Assembly (NCBI GenBank): GCA_900128565.1
Contig: LT635918.1
Span: 1 to 58,387, forward strand
Direction: 5' to 3'
DNA length: 58,387 nt
Source of the DNA: Stramenopiles sp. TOSAG23-6
Taxonomy: Eukaryota
The number at the start of each line of letters is the position of its first letter. The stretch's first letter is position 1. Below, piece after piece: positions 20,010 through 30,200 of the stretch. The position numbers and the translations under genes were made by a program. Under the pieces are notes generated by a model that saw only the letters and a list, made by a program, of their open reading frames with translations, was not told the DNA's origin and did not search any database.

Positions 20010-21965
20010 TCATTTATTCATCCAAGCTGGGAGTGTGGCACCCCTACCTCTACCTCTAGCACTATTGGCTGGAGGTGGAAATGCAGAGTTCGGGTTACCT
20101 CTAGCATTATTGACTGGAGGTGGAAATGCAGAGTTATGGTCTTGTCTAGTTTGATGAGGTACTGCATTATGACCATTATAGTATTGATGTTGAGATCTTT
20201 GCTGTGGAGGTTTATAATACTCTGCTGGAGGCGAACGCGTAAGGTCTTTTTTCATTTGTGTATTATTTGGTTTATAATACTCTGCTGGAGGCGAACCTGG
20301 AATGTCTTTTTTCACTTGTGTATTTTGGTAATACGGTTTCGTGCCACTGCCCATATTATTATTAGAGGGAGCCACTGAAGGAACTTTTGAAATATCTTTC
20401 AAAATACCCTTCAAAAACAAATCTTCAGGGTAATAATATACAGCCACCTTCTTGTTATTAAAAGTACGATCAGCAACAGCTGTTTTAGCTCCAATTGCCC
20501 CATTCACAGCATTAAAATGAACATAAACCATGCCAACACCATTCTCTTCTAATTTATTTTGAGAGTTTGGCCTTGGTATTGAAATCGTTAAAACGCTTCC
20601 AAACTTTTCCATTTCTTCACGAATATCCTCAACTATGTCTACATATTCTTCTTCATCCATTAATTCCTTTTTCTCAACCATATTAGTCATTTGCAATACT
20701 TTGGTAGGTAAAGTTTCATCAACGTCTGTTTCAGGAAAAACAGACTCAATTGTTGGCACTTGCGAAGTTGAAGCACCATATTTTCGCCGAACTCCATCAA
20801 TTCCAATTGCACATAGCTCTTGCCAATTACTGTTCATTCTACCATCATTTTGATAATTCCTCGGACGATTAATTCGTAGTCGGCTATTTAAAAGTGGTAT
20901 GCCTGTCATATGCATGGCATTATCAGTTTCAATGACGCTTCTAAATTCAACAAAAGCAAAACGTTTCTGAAGACGTGAAGCGATAACAGGTAATGGATGA
21001 ACATGATTATTATCTTCCACAGTAAGCCCTGACTGTTTCATTGCAGCAGAAAGAAATTGACTTAATTGATCTGAAGTAACAACGTCGGGGACATTACCGA
21101 CATATAACTCACGACCTGATCTACAAGAGTACCACTTAGCATCACCATAAGTTGTTTTCTTCGCTTTTGCTGCTTCCATTTCAGATGCACCCAGACCAAT
21201 AACTTTTCCCTTCAATGATGGATTCTCCTGCACACGGAGTGCCATAAGTTCCTCCCATGTAGTATTAAGAGTCTCAGGACCAACATATTGCTTTGGTCGG
21301 CAAACAGTAATAATTCTACCACGTAAGACAATTCCGTTCAGATTTAGCGAGTTTGAAGCGTCTTCGACAGTACGAAATTCAATAAAAGCAAATTTATCAC
21401 ACAACCGAGTATTTAGTATGGAATTCACATCTGGATCTACCCGAAGTCCACCTTGTTTTATAGCCTCAGTCATGTATTCTTCAAGCTCAATAGGTTCGAG
21501 GCCATCCGTTGGTACGTTACCAATATAAACTTCTCGGTTAACTTTTGTGGAAGGATCAATATATGATTTTAGACCAACACCAGCTCTATTACTTGTCCCA
21601 CAACTACCATAAGACAAACTGGCGTAGAATGCAGTATCTTCAGTGGGACCGTCAGTAAAGTTGGACTTTTTACGCCTCTTCCTACTCGTCTGTTTACGAG
21701 GGCGAGAGGTAGATCGTGAACGACGATCACGGCGAGCGTGACTTGAATATTTTCCACGAGAGTTCGAACGAGAACGACGCGACTCACGAGGTCGCTTTTC
21801 ACGATGCCTTGGTCTATCGCGAGACAATGATCGGCGTCGACTACGTGAACTAAACCGTTCCTCAACCCGCTTGCCGCTCCTGCTACTGGGCCGATCTGGT
21901 TTTTTTGAAGTTTTTGAAGAATCTATCTTTTCATTTCTAGAAGTCTCAGCTAAAACGGATGGCAT
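20010..21965 (-). CDS. U2AF2: U2 snRNP auxiliary factor large subunit (U2AF65)-like protein
   Basis: RS-rich N-terminus; two RRMs (REVYIGNVP..FAFIEFR; RELYVGNVP..FAFVEFR); C-terminal UHM (PTKVLQMTNMV..EEYVDIVEDIREEMEKFG..IPRP..GVGMVYVHF). Confidence 0.85.
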   Translation of the reverse strand: MPSVLAETSRNEKIDSSKTSKKPDRPSSRSGKRVEERFSSRSRRRSLSRDRPRHREKRPRESRRSRSNSRGKYSSHARRDRRSRSTSRPRKQTSRKRRKKSNFTDGPTEDTAFYASLSYGSCGTSNRAGVGLKSYIDPSTKVNREVYIGNVPTDGLEPIELEEYMTEAIKQGGLRVDPDVNSILNTRLCDKFAFIEFRTVEDASNSLNLNGIVLRGRIITVCRPKQYVGPETLNTTWEELMALRVQENPSLKGKVIGLGASEMEAAKAKKTTYGDAKWYSCRSGRELYVGNVPDVVTSDQLSQFLSAAMKQSGLTVEDNNHVHPLPVIASRLQKRFAFVEFRSVIETDNAMHMTGIPLLNSRLRINRPRNYQNDGRMNSNWQELCAIGIDGVRRKYGASTSQVPTIESVFPETDVDETLPTKVLQMTNMVEKKELMDEEEYVDIVEDIREEMEKFGSVLTISIPRPNSQNKLEENGVGMVYVHFNAVNGAIGAKTAVADRTFNNKKVAVYYYPEDLFLKGILKDISKVPSVAPSNNNMGSGTKPYYQNTQVKKDIPGSPPAEYYKPNNTQMKKDLTRSPPAEYYKPPQQRSQHQYYNGHNAVPHQTRQDHNSAFPPPVNNARGNPNSAFPPPANSARGRGRGATLPAWMNK

Positions 21966-22338
21966 CGTGTACAACTATTTGGCAAATATGTATGATGCTA
22001 TTCAATGACGGTCTTGATAAATTAAAAATAGTGGTAGCTACTTCTTTCTGAACAGAGGAGGATACACACTCACGGGTACCGAATACGAAGTACCGTCGTG
22101 TGCGAGCCGAGCTGCCCTTCAAATGGCATCCTGCTGAATTTCAATTCAGAATTTTGAAAACCAAAGAAAATTTTTCCCCGATATTTCGTGTTTGGTGTTT
22201 GACAGCATCAGATATGACTTCATGAAATCATGACTAACCAGTTTTTTATGTTCTTCTGTGTTAAACTCTTTGATTTTCAAGACTCTGTGTGTATTTTTCA
22301 AGGAGCTTCAAACATTCAGGGTATGCAACCGACTGAAA

Positions 22339-23310
22339 ATGTCACAAGATGAGGAAAATCCGTTTGCCCACGAATTCGGGAACATTGATATAGACGTTGC
22401 TCCCACAATAGTACCTCACGACGATGATGACTTTCAGCAAGCTCGAGCAAACGAAGACTTGGTTGCAACCTTACATGAACTTGCTATTGAGAAACCAATA
22501 GACACTAAATCTGTATCCTCCATTTCAAATGAATCGACTGAAGTAGAATCACTTTTGAGTAAGCCGGAAGCTTCGGATGATTTCCATGGAGTTAGTGGTG
22601 TCATGTCTAATAGTCTTGATGTTTTGGATAAAGCGTCGAATAAGTCAGAAAGCTGTAGTTTGGTTTTCCTACAACAATTTTTTAATGTGAATTCTATGTC
22701 TATAATGAAACGAGTGAAAAATATATTTCTACCCAGTCAAAGATTTAAATTTGTATTTTCAGGAGATGACAGGGTGGATTATACTTCTTTTTTCAGTGTT
22801 ATACTTGATAATCCGGATTTCTATGGACCTTTCTGGATTTCGACTACACTTATATTCATGCTATGTGTTGCAAAAAATATAGCACAATTTGAGAATCTAA
22901 CTCAAGAAGATGCACAGAAATGGCATTCAGACTTGATCAGCTCTTCTACTGCAATAACCATCGTATATGGTTTTTTTGCTTTTATATCACTCAGTCTCTG
23001 GCTTTGCTGTACTATTTTAGGTACAAATAATAATGATGAAAAGTTTTCTTTGTCTTCATGCATTTGTTTTATTGGCTACACCTTGGTATATTTTTTTCCT
23101 TCTGTAATAATTTCAATGTATCCGTCAAATATTGTACAATGGGTTTCGTTTTTGGTAGCTGGATTTTTGTGTTCTGCTGTGATTTTGATAGATGTTTCAT
23201 ATACTACATCTCAAACAGTCATTACGAAAAATAGCAAATATATTCTTAGTGGTGTAGTTTTAAGCGAGTTTTTATTGTTTGCATTTTTATTGAAGTATTT
23301 TATGTTTTAA
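22339..23310 (+). CDS. Yip1-domain Golgi membrane protein (YIPF1/2-like)
   Basis: QQFFNV, NPDFYGPFWISTTLIF, C-x-x-GY motif and about 5 TM helices; first ATG at 22339. Confidence 0.85.
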   Translation: MSQDEENPFAHEFGNIDIDVAPTIVPHDDDDFQQARANEDLVATLHELAIEKPIDTKSVSSISNESTEVESLLSKPEASDDFHGVSGVMSNSLDVLDKASNKSESCSLVFLQQFFNVNSMSIMKRVKNIFLPSQRFKFVFSGDDRVDYTSFFSVILDNPDFYGPFWISTTLIFMLCVAKNIAQFENLTQEDAQKWHSDLISSSTAITIVYGFFAFISLSLWLCCTILGTNNNDEKFSLSSCICFIGYTLVYFFPSVIISMYPSNIVQWVSFLVAGFLCSAVILIDVSYTTSQTVITKNSKYILSGVVLSEFLLFAFLLKYFMF

Positions 23311-23511
23311 CAAGAATGAACAAGTTGTTGTGACAATGCTTTTCTGATTTTATTGATTTTAGTTTTTTTGGCGTAGGTACCAGATATATTATTATTTAGC
23401 CTTCAATTGTTCGAAATATTCGAATTCGAATTTAATAAATTTTTTTCAAAATATGGTTGTTGTGTCTCTCTTTTGACATTCGAGTTTCGAGTTGACTCGA
23501 CTCGAACCTTG

Positions 23512-24470
23512 ATGATGATGTCAAACAACAACAACTTACTAACTCAAAAGCCGACAACCACAAAAAATCTTTTCAAAGGTGTCAAGACTTGGGAGAAGAA
23601 AGAGGAAATAAATAAGGAGAATCAATCACAAAGTGAGTAGTTTCCCTGAAACGTAGTTAGCTCTTTGATTCTACTGCTGATTTAGTCATGTCAGCAAGTG
23701 CCGCCGACGAATCGATCAGGACTGAGGTAATAGAAGAAAATGTTGATACTAATCGTAGTCACGTTGGCAGTAAATCTATTGATGGTGAAAACCGTAGACA
23801 AAGCAATAATGATGAAAGTGATATACTACAACAAGCAAATATGAAAGAACCTCCTTCGGATAAAAAATTTGTGTTTAAGGGGAAACTTGTAGTTGTAGGT
23901 GATATTGCGGTGGGGAAAACTTCGATTGTATCTCGATTTATTGATAATAAGTTCGAAAAGGATCAGCGGTCCAGTATTGGGGTTGCTTATTCAACAAAAA
24001 CAATTACTGTGGACCAGAAAAAGACAGTGAAACTTGATTTATGGGATACCGCAGGTCAGGAGCGTTTCCGCAGTATTAGTTCCCTGTTTTATCGTGGAGC
24101 TGGTGCTGCTTTGATGGTTTATGATGTGACCAACAGGAAGTCTTTTGAAACTGTTCGAAACTTCTGGCTAAAACAACTGCGTCAATATGCAGTGAAAAAC
24201 GCAATTATTGCACTTGCAGGTAACAAAAGTGATTTGGATGGTATGCGGCGTCAAGTTTCTAGAGAAGAGGCTGAAGCTTTTGCAGAGGAGGAGAATATAA
24301 TATACTACGAAACTAGTGCAAAGAGTGGCGAAAATGTCTTTCAGATATTTGGTTCAATTGCGAGTGAGGTTTCCGATTGTATTGGGTTTAAAGTAATCGG
24401 AGTGGAAGCAACACGCAATCTAAGAGAAATCAATGTTCCAAAATCTGGCTGTGGATGCGTCATTTCATAA
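23512..24470 (+). CDS. Rab family GTPase (Rab5/Rab22-like) with N-terminal extension; probable exons 23512-23632 and 23686-24470
   Basis: GDIAVGKTS, DLWDTAGQERF, NKSD, ETSAK, C-terminal GCGCVIS; upstream ORF joins in frame via a GT-AG intron (translation may instead start at ATG 23688). Confidence 0.85.
23633..23685 (+). other. Canonical GT-AG intron (53 nt)
   Basis: GTGAGT...CTGATTTAG; removal skips the TAG at 23638 and joins the two ORFs in frame. Confidence 0.65.
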
Positions 24471-24488
24471 CGTAAATGAAAGTCAATG

Positions 24489-24591
24489 TAAAAGAAATAT
24501 CTAGATGTATTTAGAGAAAGTAAATATAAGGAAATATCTAGATGTATTTAGAGAAAGTAAATATAAAAGAAATATCTAGATGTATTTAGAG
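24489..24591. repeat. Tandem repeat, 37-38 bp unit, about 2.7 copies
   Basis: GAAATATCTAGATGTATTTAGAG at 24494, 24531 and 24569, between convergent genes. Confidence 0.9.
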
Positions 24592-24724
24592 GGCGCAACA
24601 CTAAGCAAATTTTGAAAAATCTGATTCATAGTAGTTCTTATTTAGATGTAAAAAATAAATAAAATACAGCAATACAATAAATGAAAATGTCAGTATTGGT
24701 TTTTACTCCATAATAATACGACAT

Positions 24725-26335
24725 TCAAGGTGCCGTCTTTTTAATATTTCTAGTACTTGATCTTCTAGATGACGATTTCTTTGTTCCACTTCCACGTTTT
24801 ATTAGCCCTTGAAAAAAATCCGCAAGGACAGCAGCATTAGGTTCATCACCAGCTGTGATGCGTTGTTTTTGTTTAGCCAAACCTAATAATTTGCTGTTGG
24901 TTTTCCCTTTTTTATTTTTCACTTTACGTTCAGAAGTCACAGAATCACTAGAAAATCCAGTATTCGTTTTATTCATTCTTTCTCTTTGGCGGGCATTTCT
25001 AGAACCACGGGCAGCAGATGAAGCATTTGATACTTTTAGTAGAGTTGAGAGAAATGCGCCAATGTTTGTAATATCAGTATCCTCTGAAGAGTTATTAGAG
25101 TCATTTTTATTCTTTGTGTTTGACTCAGAAAGTCCTAACCAATTTTTTGGTGACTTCACATAATCAGAAAATTTATAATTTTTATTGTCTTCATTTGAAG
25201 AAGATAAAGAACTTGACATATTTTCTATAAGCTCAAAAGAATCCCAACCACTGGGGACAAATATCAATGAATGATTTGATGTTTCAGCAGGAAACCCAAA
25301 TGGTTTGTAAAATCCACTATATTTAGTTTTTCTACTTTTTTGTACATTCAAACTACTCTTTGATACTGACTGTTGTTTTTCTTGTTTTTGATATGTAGAT
25401 ACATTATTAGTCGTATTATTATTTTCATCAACACCTTCAATACTATTTGCAACAGCATCAATTGGTAATAAACTATTACGTTTTGTTGAAGGTTCTATAC
25501 CACCTAAGTAAAGTCGATGGAAAATATATTTGCGAAGTAATTCGCAATTACTACCGGACTTTGCTGAGGTGTATACCAATGAAGCTCCACGTTCAATGCA
25601 CCAAGTACGCAGATACTGCTGTATGTAGTCGAAATGTGCAGTTGAGAGATCGACCTTTGACGATTTCACAAGTTCGTCAATACAGTCACTTTGGGTACAG
25701 ACAATGATCACAGGGACGCCGAAGTTCTTAATAAGAACTCCATCTTCGAGTTCATCAAAATTATTTAGTTGCTTGGTTTTTTCTGTGTTTGAAGGAGGGT
25801 TGTTGTCTTCGGTTACTCTTGGTTCACAATAACTCTGCAAGTATTGACGAATACAATCATTCAAAAACTTTTGTTCTTCTTGGGGTAGTTTTGATAATTT
25901 GGACTTTAGTTGATCTTCAACAACTTTTGACCATGCATTTAAGCGACGTTCTATGTCCCATGGTCTTGCGAGGTTAACGCATATAAGAACAACAGTTTTA
26001 TGTAAACTTTCCACGTTATTTTTAAGTGCAAACTGAAGAAGATCTCCATGCTTAGAATCCCCCAGAGACCATATATTCACTTTCGCTGGTACATCCACCT
26101 TTAAATTATCCCCGACTTCATCTTCAGGGTCAAATAGATCAAAAAACGAATACGTTAGTGCAGAGGTGCTTGGCATCTGTTCAACATTTTCCTCTTCAAG
26201 TGGATACATTTGTAGGGCTTTCAAAAGTGTTTGCTTACCAATACCGTGATCACCGCAAAAGACTACATTTGCGTCAGATAGTTTTGTCTTTTTTTGCGCA
26301 CTCCGGAGTAATGATGCCCATAGAGATTGAGCCAT
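24725..26335 (-). CDS. DYNC1LI: Cytoplasmic dynein 1 light intermediate chain
   Basis: QSLWASLL, P-loop-like GDHGIGKQTL, NFGVPVIIVCTQSD, FDYIQQYLRTWC..GASLVYTS, IFVPSGWDS, C-terminal VLADFFQGLI helix. Confidence 0.9.
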   Translation of the reverse strand: MAQSLWASLLRSAQKKTKLSDANVVFCGDHGIGKQTLLKALQMYPLEEENVEQMPSTSALTYSFFDLFDPEDEVGDNLKVDVPAKVNIWSLGDSKHGDLLQFALKNNVESLHKTVVLICVNLARPWDIERRLNAWSKVVEDQLKSKLSKLPQEEQKFLNDCIRQYLQSYCEPRVTEDNNPPSNTEKTKQLNNFDELEDGVLIKNFGVPVIIVCTQSDCIDELVKSSKVDLSTAHFDYIQQYLRTWCIERGASLVYTSAKSGSNCELLRKYIFHRLYLGGIEPSTKRNSLLPIDAVANSIEGVDENNNTTNNVSTYQKQEKQQSVSKSSLNVQKSRKTKYSGFYKPFGFPAETSNHSLIFVPSGWDSFELIENMSSSLSSSNEDNKNYKFSDYVKSPKNWLGLSESNTKNKNDSNNSSEDTDITNIGAFLSTLLKVSNASSAARGSRNARQRERMNKTNTGFSSDSVTSERKVKNKKGKTNSKLLGLAKQKQRITAGDEPNAAVLADFFQGLIKRGSGTKKSSSRRSSTRNIKKTAP

Positions 26336-26445
26336 TATGGGGTGTTTTATTATTATTCCAAGTGGTACAATAAAAATAAAAACGCCGTTGTCACTTCGAA
26401 CCTGTGTGAGTGAAAGGAGGACTGTTTATTTTAATAGTTCATGAT

Positions 26446-26774
26446 TGTTATAGCGAATATCTCTGGATTAGATATCGCTGGGATTTCGTGTATCGATAGT
26501 CTCGTATTCGAGTCTCGATATAATACAAATAGATATTGTATTAGATTGATAAATATATTGGCTTGATAGATATCAATATAGAATAAAGGTACTTAGTTTA
26601 TTCTATTATAATGTGTTGGAATATACTGGCTTGTTACTTGGTTTCGTATGTATATACCATAGACGAGAGACAAAAGTCCTCGAGTAGTCGAGTTGAAGTG
26701 TAACGGCATTAGCTCAAACGTTCTTAAGCTGGACAGACCTGTTCTTACGACCTGATCGCACACATTCTATAACA
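26446..26774 (-). repeat. 3' LTR
   Basis: No differences seen by eye from 35745-36073; TG...CA ends with 8-bp terminal inverted repeats. Confidence 0.95.
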
Positions 26775-26786
26775 CCCCTCCATACC
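26775..26786 (-). other. Polypurine tract
   Basis: GGTATGGAGGGG on the minus strand immediately before the 3' LTR. Confidence 0.75.
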
Positions 26787-26877
26787 TACATATATGTTGC
26801 TTCATATGTTTAGGTAGAGAATGTGTTGTTATAACTTTATAAAAGTTATTCTCGTACTATTTTAAATCTTAAATTTC

Positions 26878-26985
26878 TTAGGGTTAGGGTTTTAGAGATT
26901 GGCTTACTCTAGGGTTAGGGTTCGGAGATTGGATTGCTCCTTTGGAGATTGGATTGCCCCGTAGTATAGAGATTGGATTGCTCTA
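26878..26985. repeat. Short repeats in the retroelement 3' UTR
   Basis: TAGGGTTAGGGTT twice; GAGATTGGATTGC three times plus variants. Confidence 0.75.
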
Positions 26986-27267
26986 ATGTAGGAATGTTCA
27001 GAGTATAAATTTAGTTGACTTCTGAAATATAAATATTCACTTTTGGCTTAAGCGAAGTTCCTGGTTTATTCATTTTTAGTTTGAATGAATTGGCTCAGAG
27101 ATTTAGATTGCTCTGATGTATAAATAATTTTCACTTTTAGATTGAGTGAGTCACTTCTGGTTTAAGTGTACAGTTCCGTGTTATTAGGAATTGGATGGTT
27201 TAACATAAATATTATTAGTTATTTTACGTTGTATATGAGTTATTCTATAAGTATTTTTGGATTTGGA

Positions 27268-30200
27268 TTATATACTCATGAACATGTTTGAGAATTTTTC
27301 AAACTTTAATCTTGGTAATGACTTTGTAAAGAAATCGGCAATATTGTCATTTGATGGTACACGAATAATTTCAACTAATTCGTCATGACAACATTCACGC
27401 AGAAAAGCTACGCGTGTATCAATATGTCTTGATGCTCTATGATTTCTTACATATTTTGCATTGAGTTGTGCTGCTGCATTATCCTCATATATTGGAATGG
27501 CTGTGGTTCTAGTATATTCTTTGTTTGAAATGGAAGGATCTCCAAATCTATATCCTTTAAGATCTAAGTATTGAGCTTTTGCCCATAATGAATCGCGAGC
27601 TGCTTCAGTTAAAGCATATAATTCGCTTTCATAAGGTGATAAACAAACTATTGAAGTTCGTTTTGTTGACCAAGACACAAGGCAACCCCACATAAATACT
27701 GCATTGCCCATTAGGCTTTTGCGTTTTAATATTGGGTCGGCGAAATTTGCATCTGCATATATTTCAATTTCATTATGTCCAATTAATTTTTGTTGAACAC
27801 CATTTGACATAATTCTTGTTTCAGATGACTTTCTGCCATAAATCAGTCCTAAATCTCTTGTTCTTTTGAGATAGGTAACACAATGGATTGCTAAATTTTG
27901 TGAAACTCTGGTCGGTTTAGTCACGAATTGACTTAGATAAGTGAATGCGGCTTGTATGTCTGGTCGACATGATCCGGCTGCATAATTTAGTTCACCTACT
28001 ATTTGATACATTGATAAATTGGGAATTAACTTGTCTACAATAGTTTCTTCATTTGTAGAAGTTCGTAATTCTTCGGCTTTGAGTAATAGATTCATATTTG
28101 GAGGTAAAGGAGTAGCGTGTTTCTTTTCATTTGGTTCTAGTTTATAACCTAAAATTTCTTCAAGACCATCGACTACTTTGTCGATAAATGCAGGTATAGA
28201 CAATTTTATAGATTTGTCTTCATTTTCTGTGATTGATAATCCTACATATAAATTTGCATCTTTACCCCATAAGGTTGTACTATCGAATTTTTCTGTGAAC
28301 ATATCGGTGTGTGCTTTGATGATTTCTTTGCACCCACGAGTATAAATTGTATAAATATCATCGACGTATATCGAAGCAATCATTTTACATTCGGTTTCGA
28401 TTCCTTTGTCATTAGTGTATTTAACACTCTTAGATAATATGCTGGAATCTGTAGATATGGCTGTCCATCCTTGTTCAGTATACCAAGTGATGAGCATTCT
28501 GCGCCATAAATATCCGGCTTGTTTAGTGCCGTATAAACCGCGAAGTAATCTCCAACTCCATTTATTATGTGTATACGGAGTTTGTTCAAATATTTTTGCG
28601 AGCTCTGGATTGCTTTCGACCATTTTTGCGACTAACGATTTTCCTACTTCCTTTGGAAATGATAGATGTAATTCTTTATCTATATTTGCTTTTAAATATG
28701 CACCAGAAACATCTTGTAAAACTTGATCCATATCATGAGTTACGGCGTACGCTAATAACGTACGGATGTTTTGCATTCTGGCTACTGCACTGTAAGTTTC
28801 ATCGTAATCACGTCCTTGTATTTGATTATATCCTAATACAACTAATCTTGCTTTAAGACGTTCGATTTTTCCTAAATGATCTAATTTTGTTTTTAATACG
28901 ATTCTGGTACCAATTTTTGGACCTTTATAATCATATTCAATTTCTCCTACGCCATTATATATCATGTTCATTAATTCGTCAGTAATACATAATTGCCATA
29001 TTTCTTGATCTCTTTTGGGTAGTTTATTGAATTCGCGTGAGTTATTTGGCGTAATCCAATTTCTTAAATTTAGATGGCTTAAATCTTGGGATTTTGCACG
29101 AATTGTATCGCTATATTTTACTCCTCCATATCCGATTGTATCATTTGTAGATGTAGCAAAGGAGTTTGTTAGATAAGTTTCAGACATTCCTTTTGCTGTA
29201 GGCTTATTTATATATGATCGATTGGATATATTATCTCTTTGATGATGAGAATGTGTTAGATATGCATTTAATTCTGAGAGGGTGATTTCCTCTTCAATCA
29301 TATCTGGGTGTAGAATATTATTTGTAGCGGCATATAATGTATGAATAATATCATTTACATTATAAGAATAGCTATCATTTTGAGCCGTATATTGAGGGAC
29401 TATGTCGATTGAATTTTCGACAATTTTACTTTCATTTAAGTAGTCTGTTACTGCTGAATATACATTTACGTAATCTAATGATGCTGTATTTGAAGTAGCT
29501 GTATGTAAGGCGTATGCATTATTACATTCTGCTACGATTGTGGAATAAGTTGATTTTTCTTTTGATGATTGATCTTTAATATCATGATGATGTAACTTTT
29601 CCATGAACGGAGATTGAAAGTTTTCAATATAACTTTCTTGTCTGCTAAATATGTAATTATCTCTTCCACGTTGGAAGCCTCGACCTGTATAAGTGAGCCC
29701 GTAAATAGGTAAATTATTGCTCCAATAGGTTTCGGTATATTTAACATTATTTATATTGCCTGTAATCCGTCGAGTTACGGCTTGGATTTTATAACGATGT
29801 TGTATTTCATCGATTTTCTTCTCTTTAACTTGGAAATCTATAGGCTGAGATTGGAGCCTATAATTATATTCATCTCTTAATTCTGCAAAACGTTTCTTGC
29901 TTGCGCATCGATGTAATCTATTGATCCATTGCGATATGTTTTTAGTCCATGGTAAGGTTCTTTGTTTCATATGTAACTGTGCTGATTCGATGTCATTGTT
30001 ACACTTTTTACTGTGTTTTCCGAATCTATTTGTTTGTATTTCAGTGACAAACTTTGGCATAGATTCTGTTTCGTCATTGATGTTATAATGAATTACACTG
30101 GAGGTAAATGAAAAACTTACTGATTTATTGATTTTTGGACTCTTTGAGTTCTTAGTGGCTTTCGCCAAGCATGATGAAATTAATCTTTGAGGGATTTTCC

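Noticed and set aside
21975-22073. Possible GT-AG intron in the U2AF2 5' region (GTGAGT..AAATAG, minus strand)
   Set aside because: Plausible 5' UTR intron, but the upstream ATG would be out of frame and no coding constraint supports it
24489-24591. CRISPR-like array
   Set aside because: The sequences between repeats are near-identical, so it is a simple tandem repeat; eukaryotic context and no cas genes
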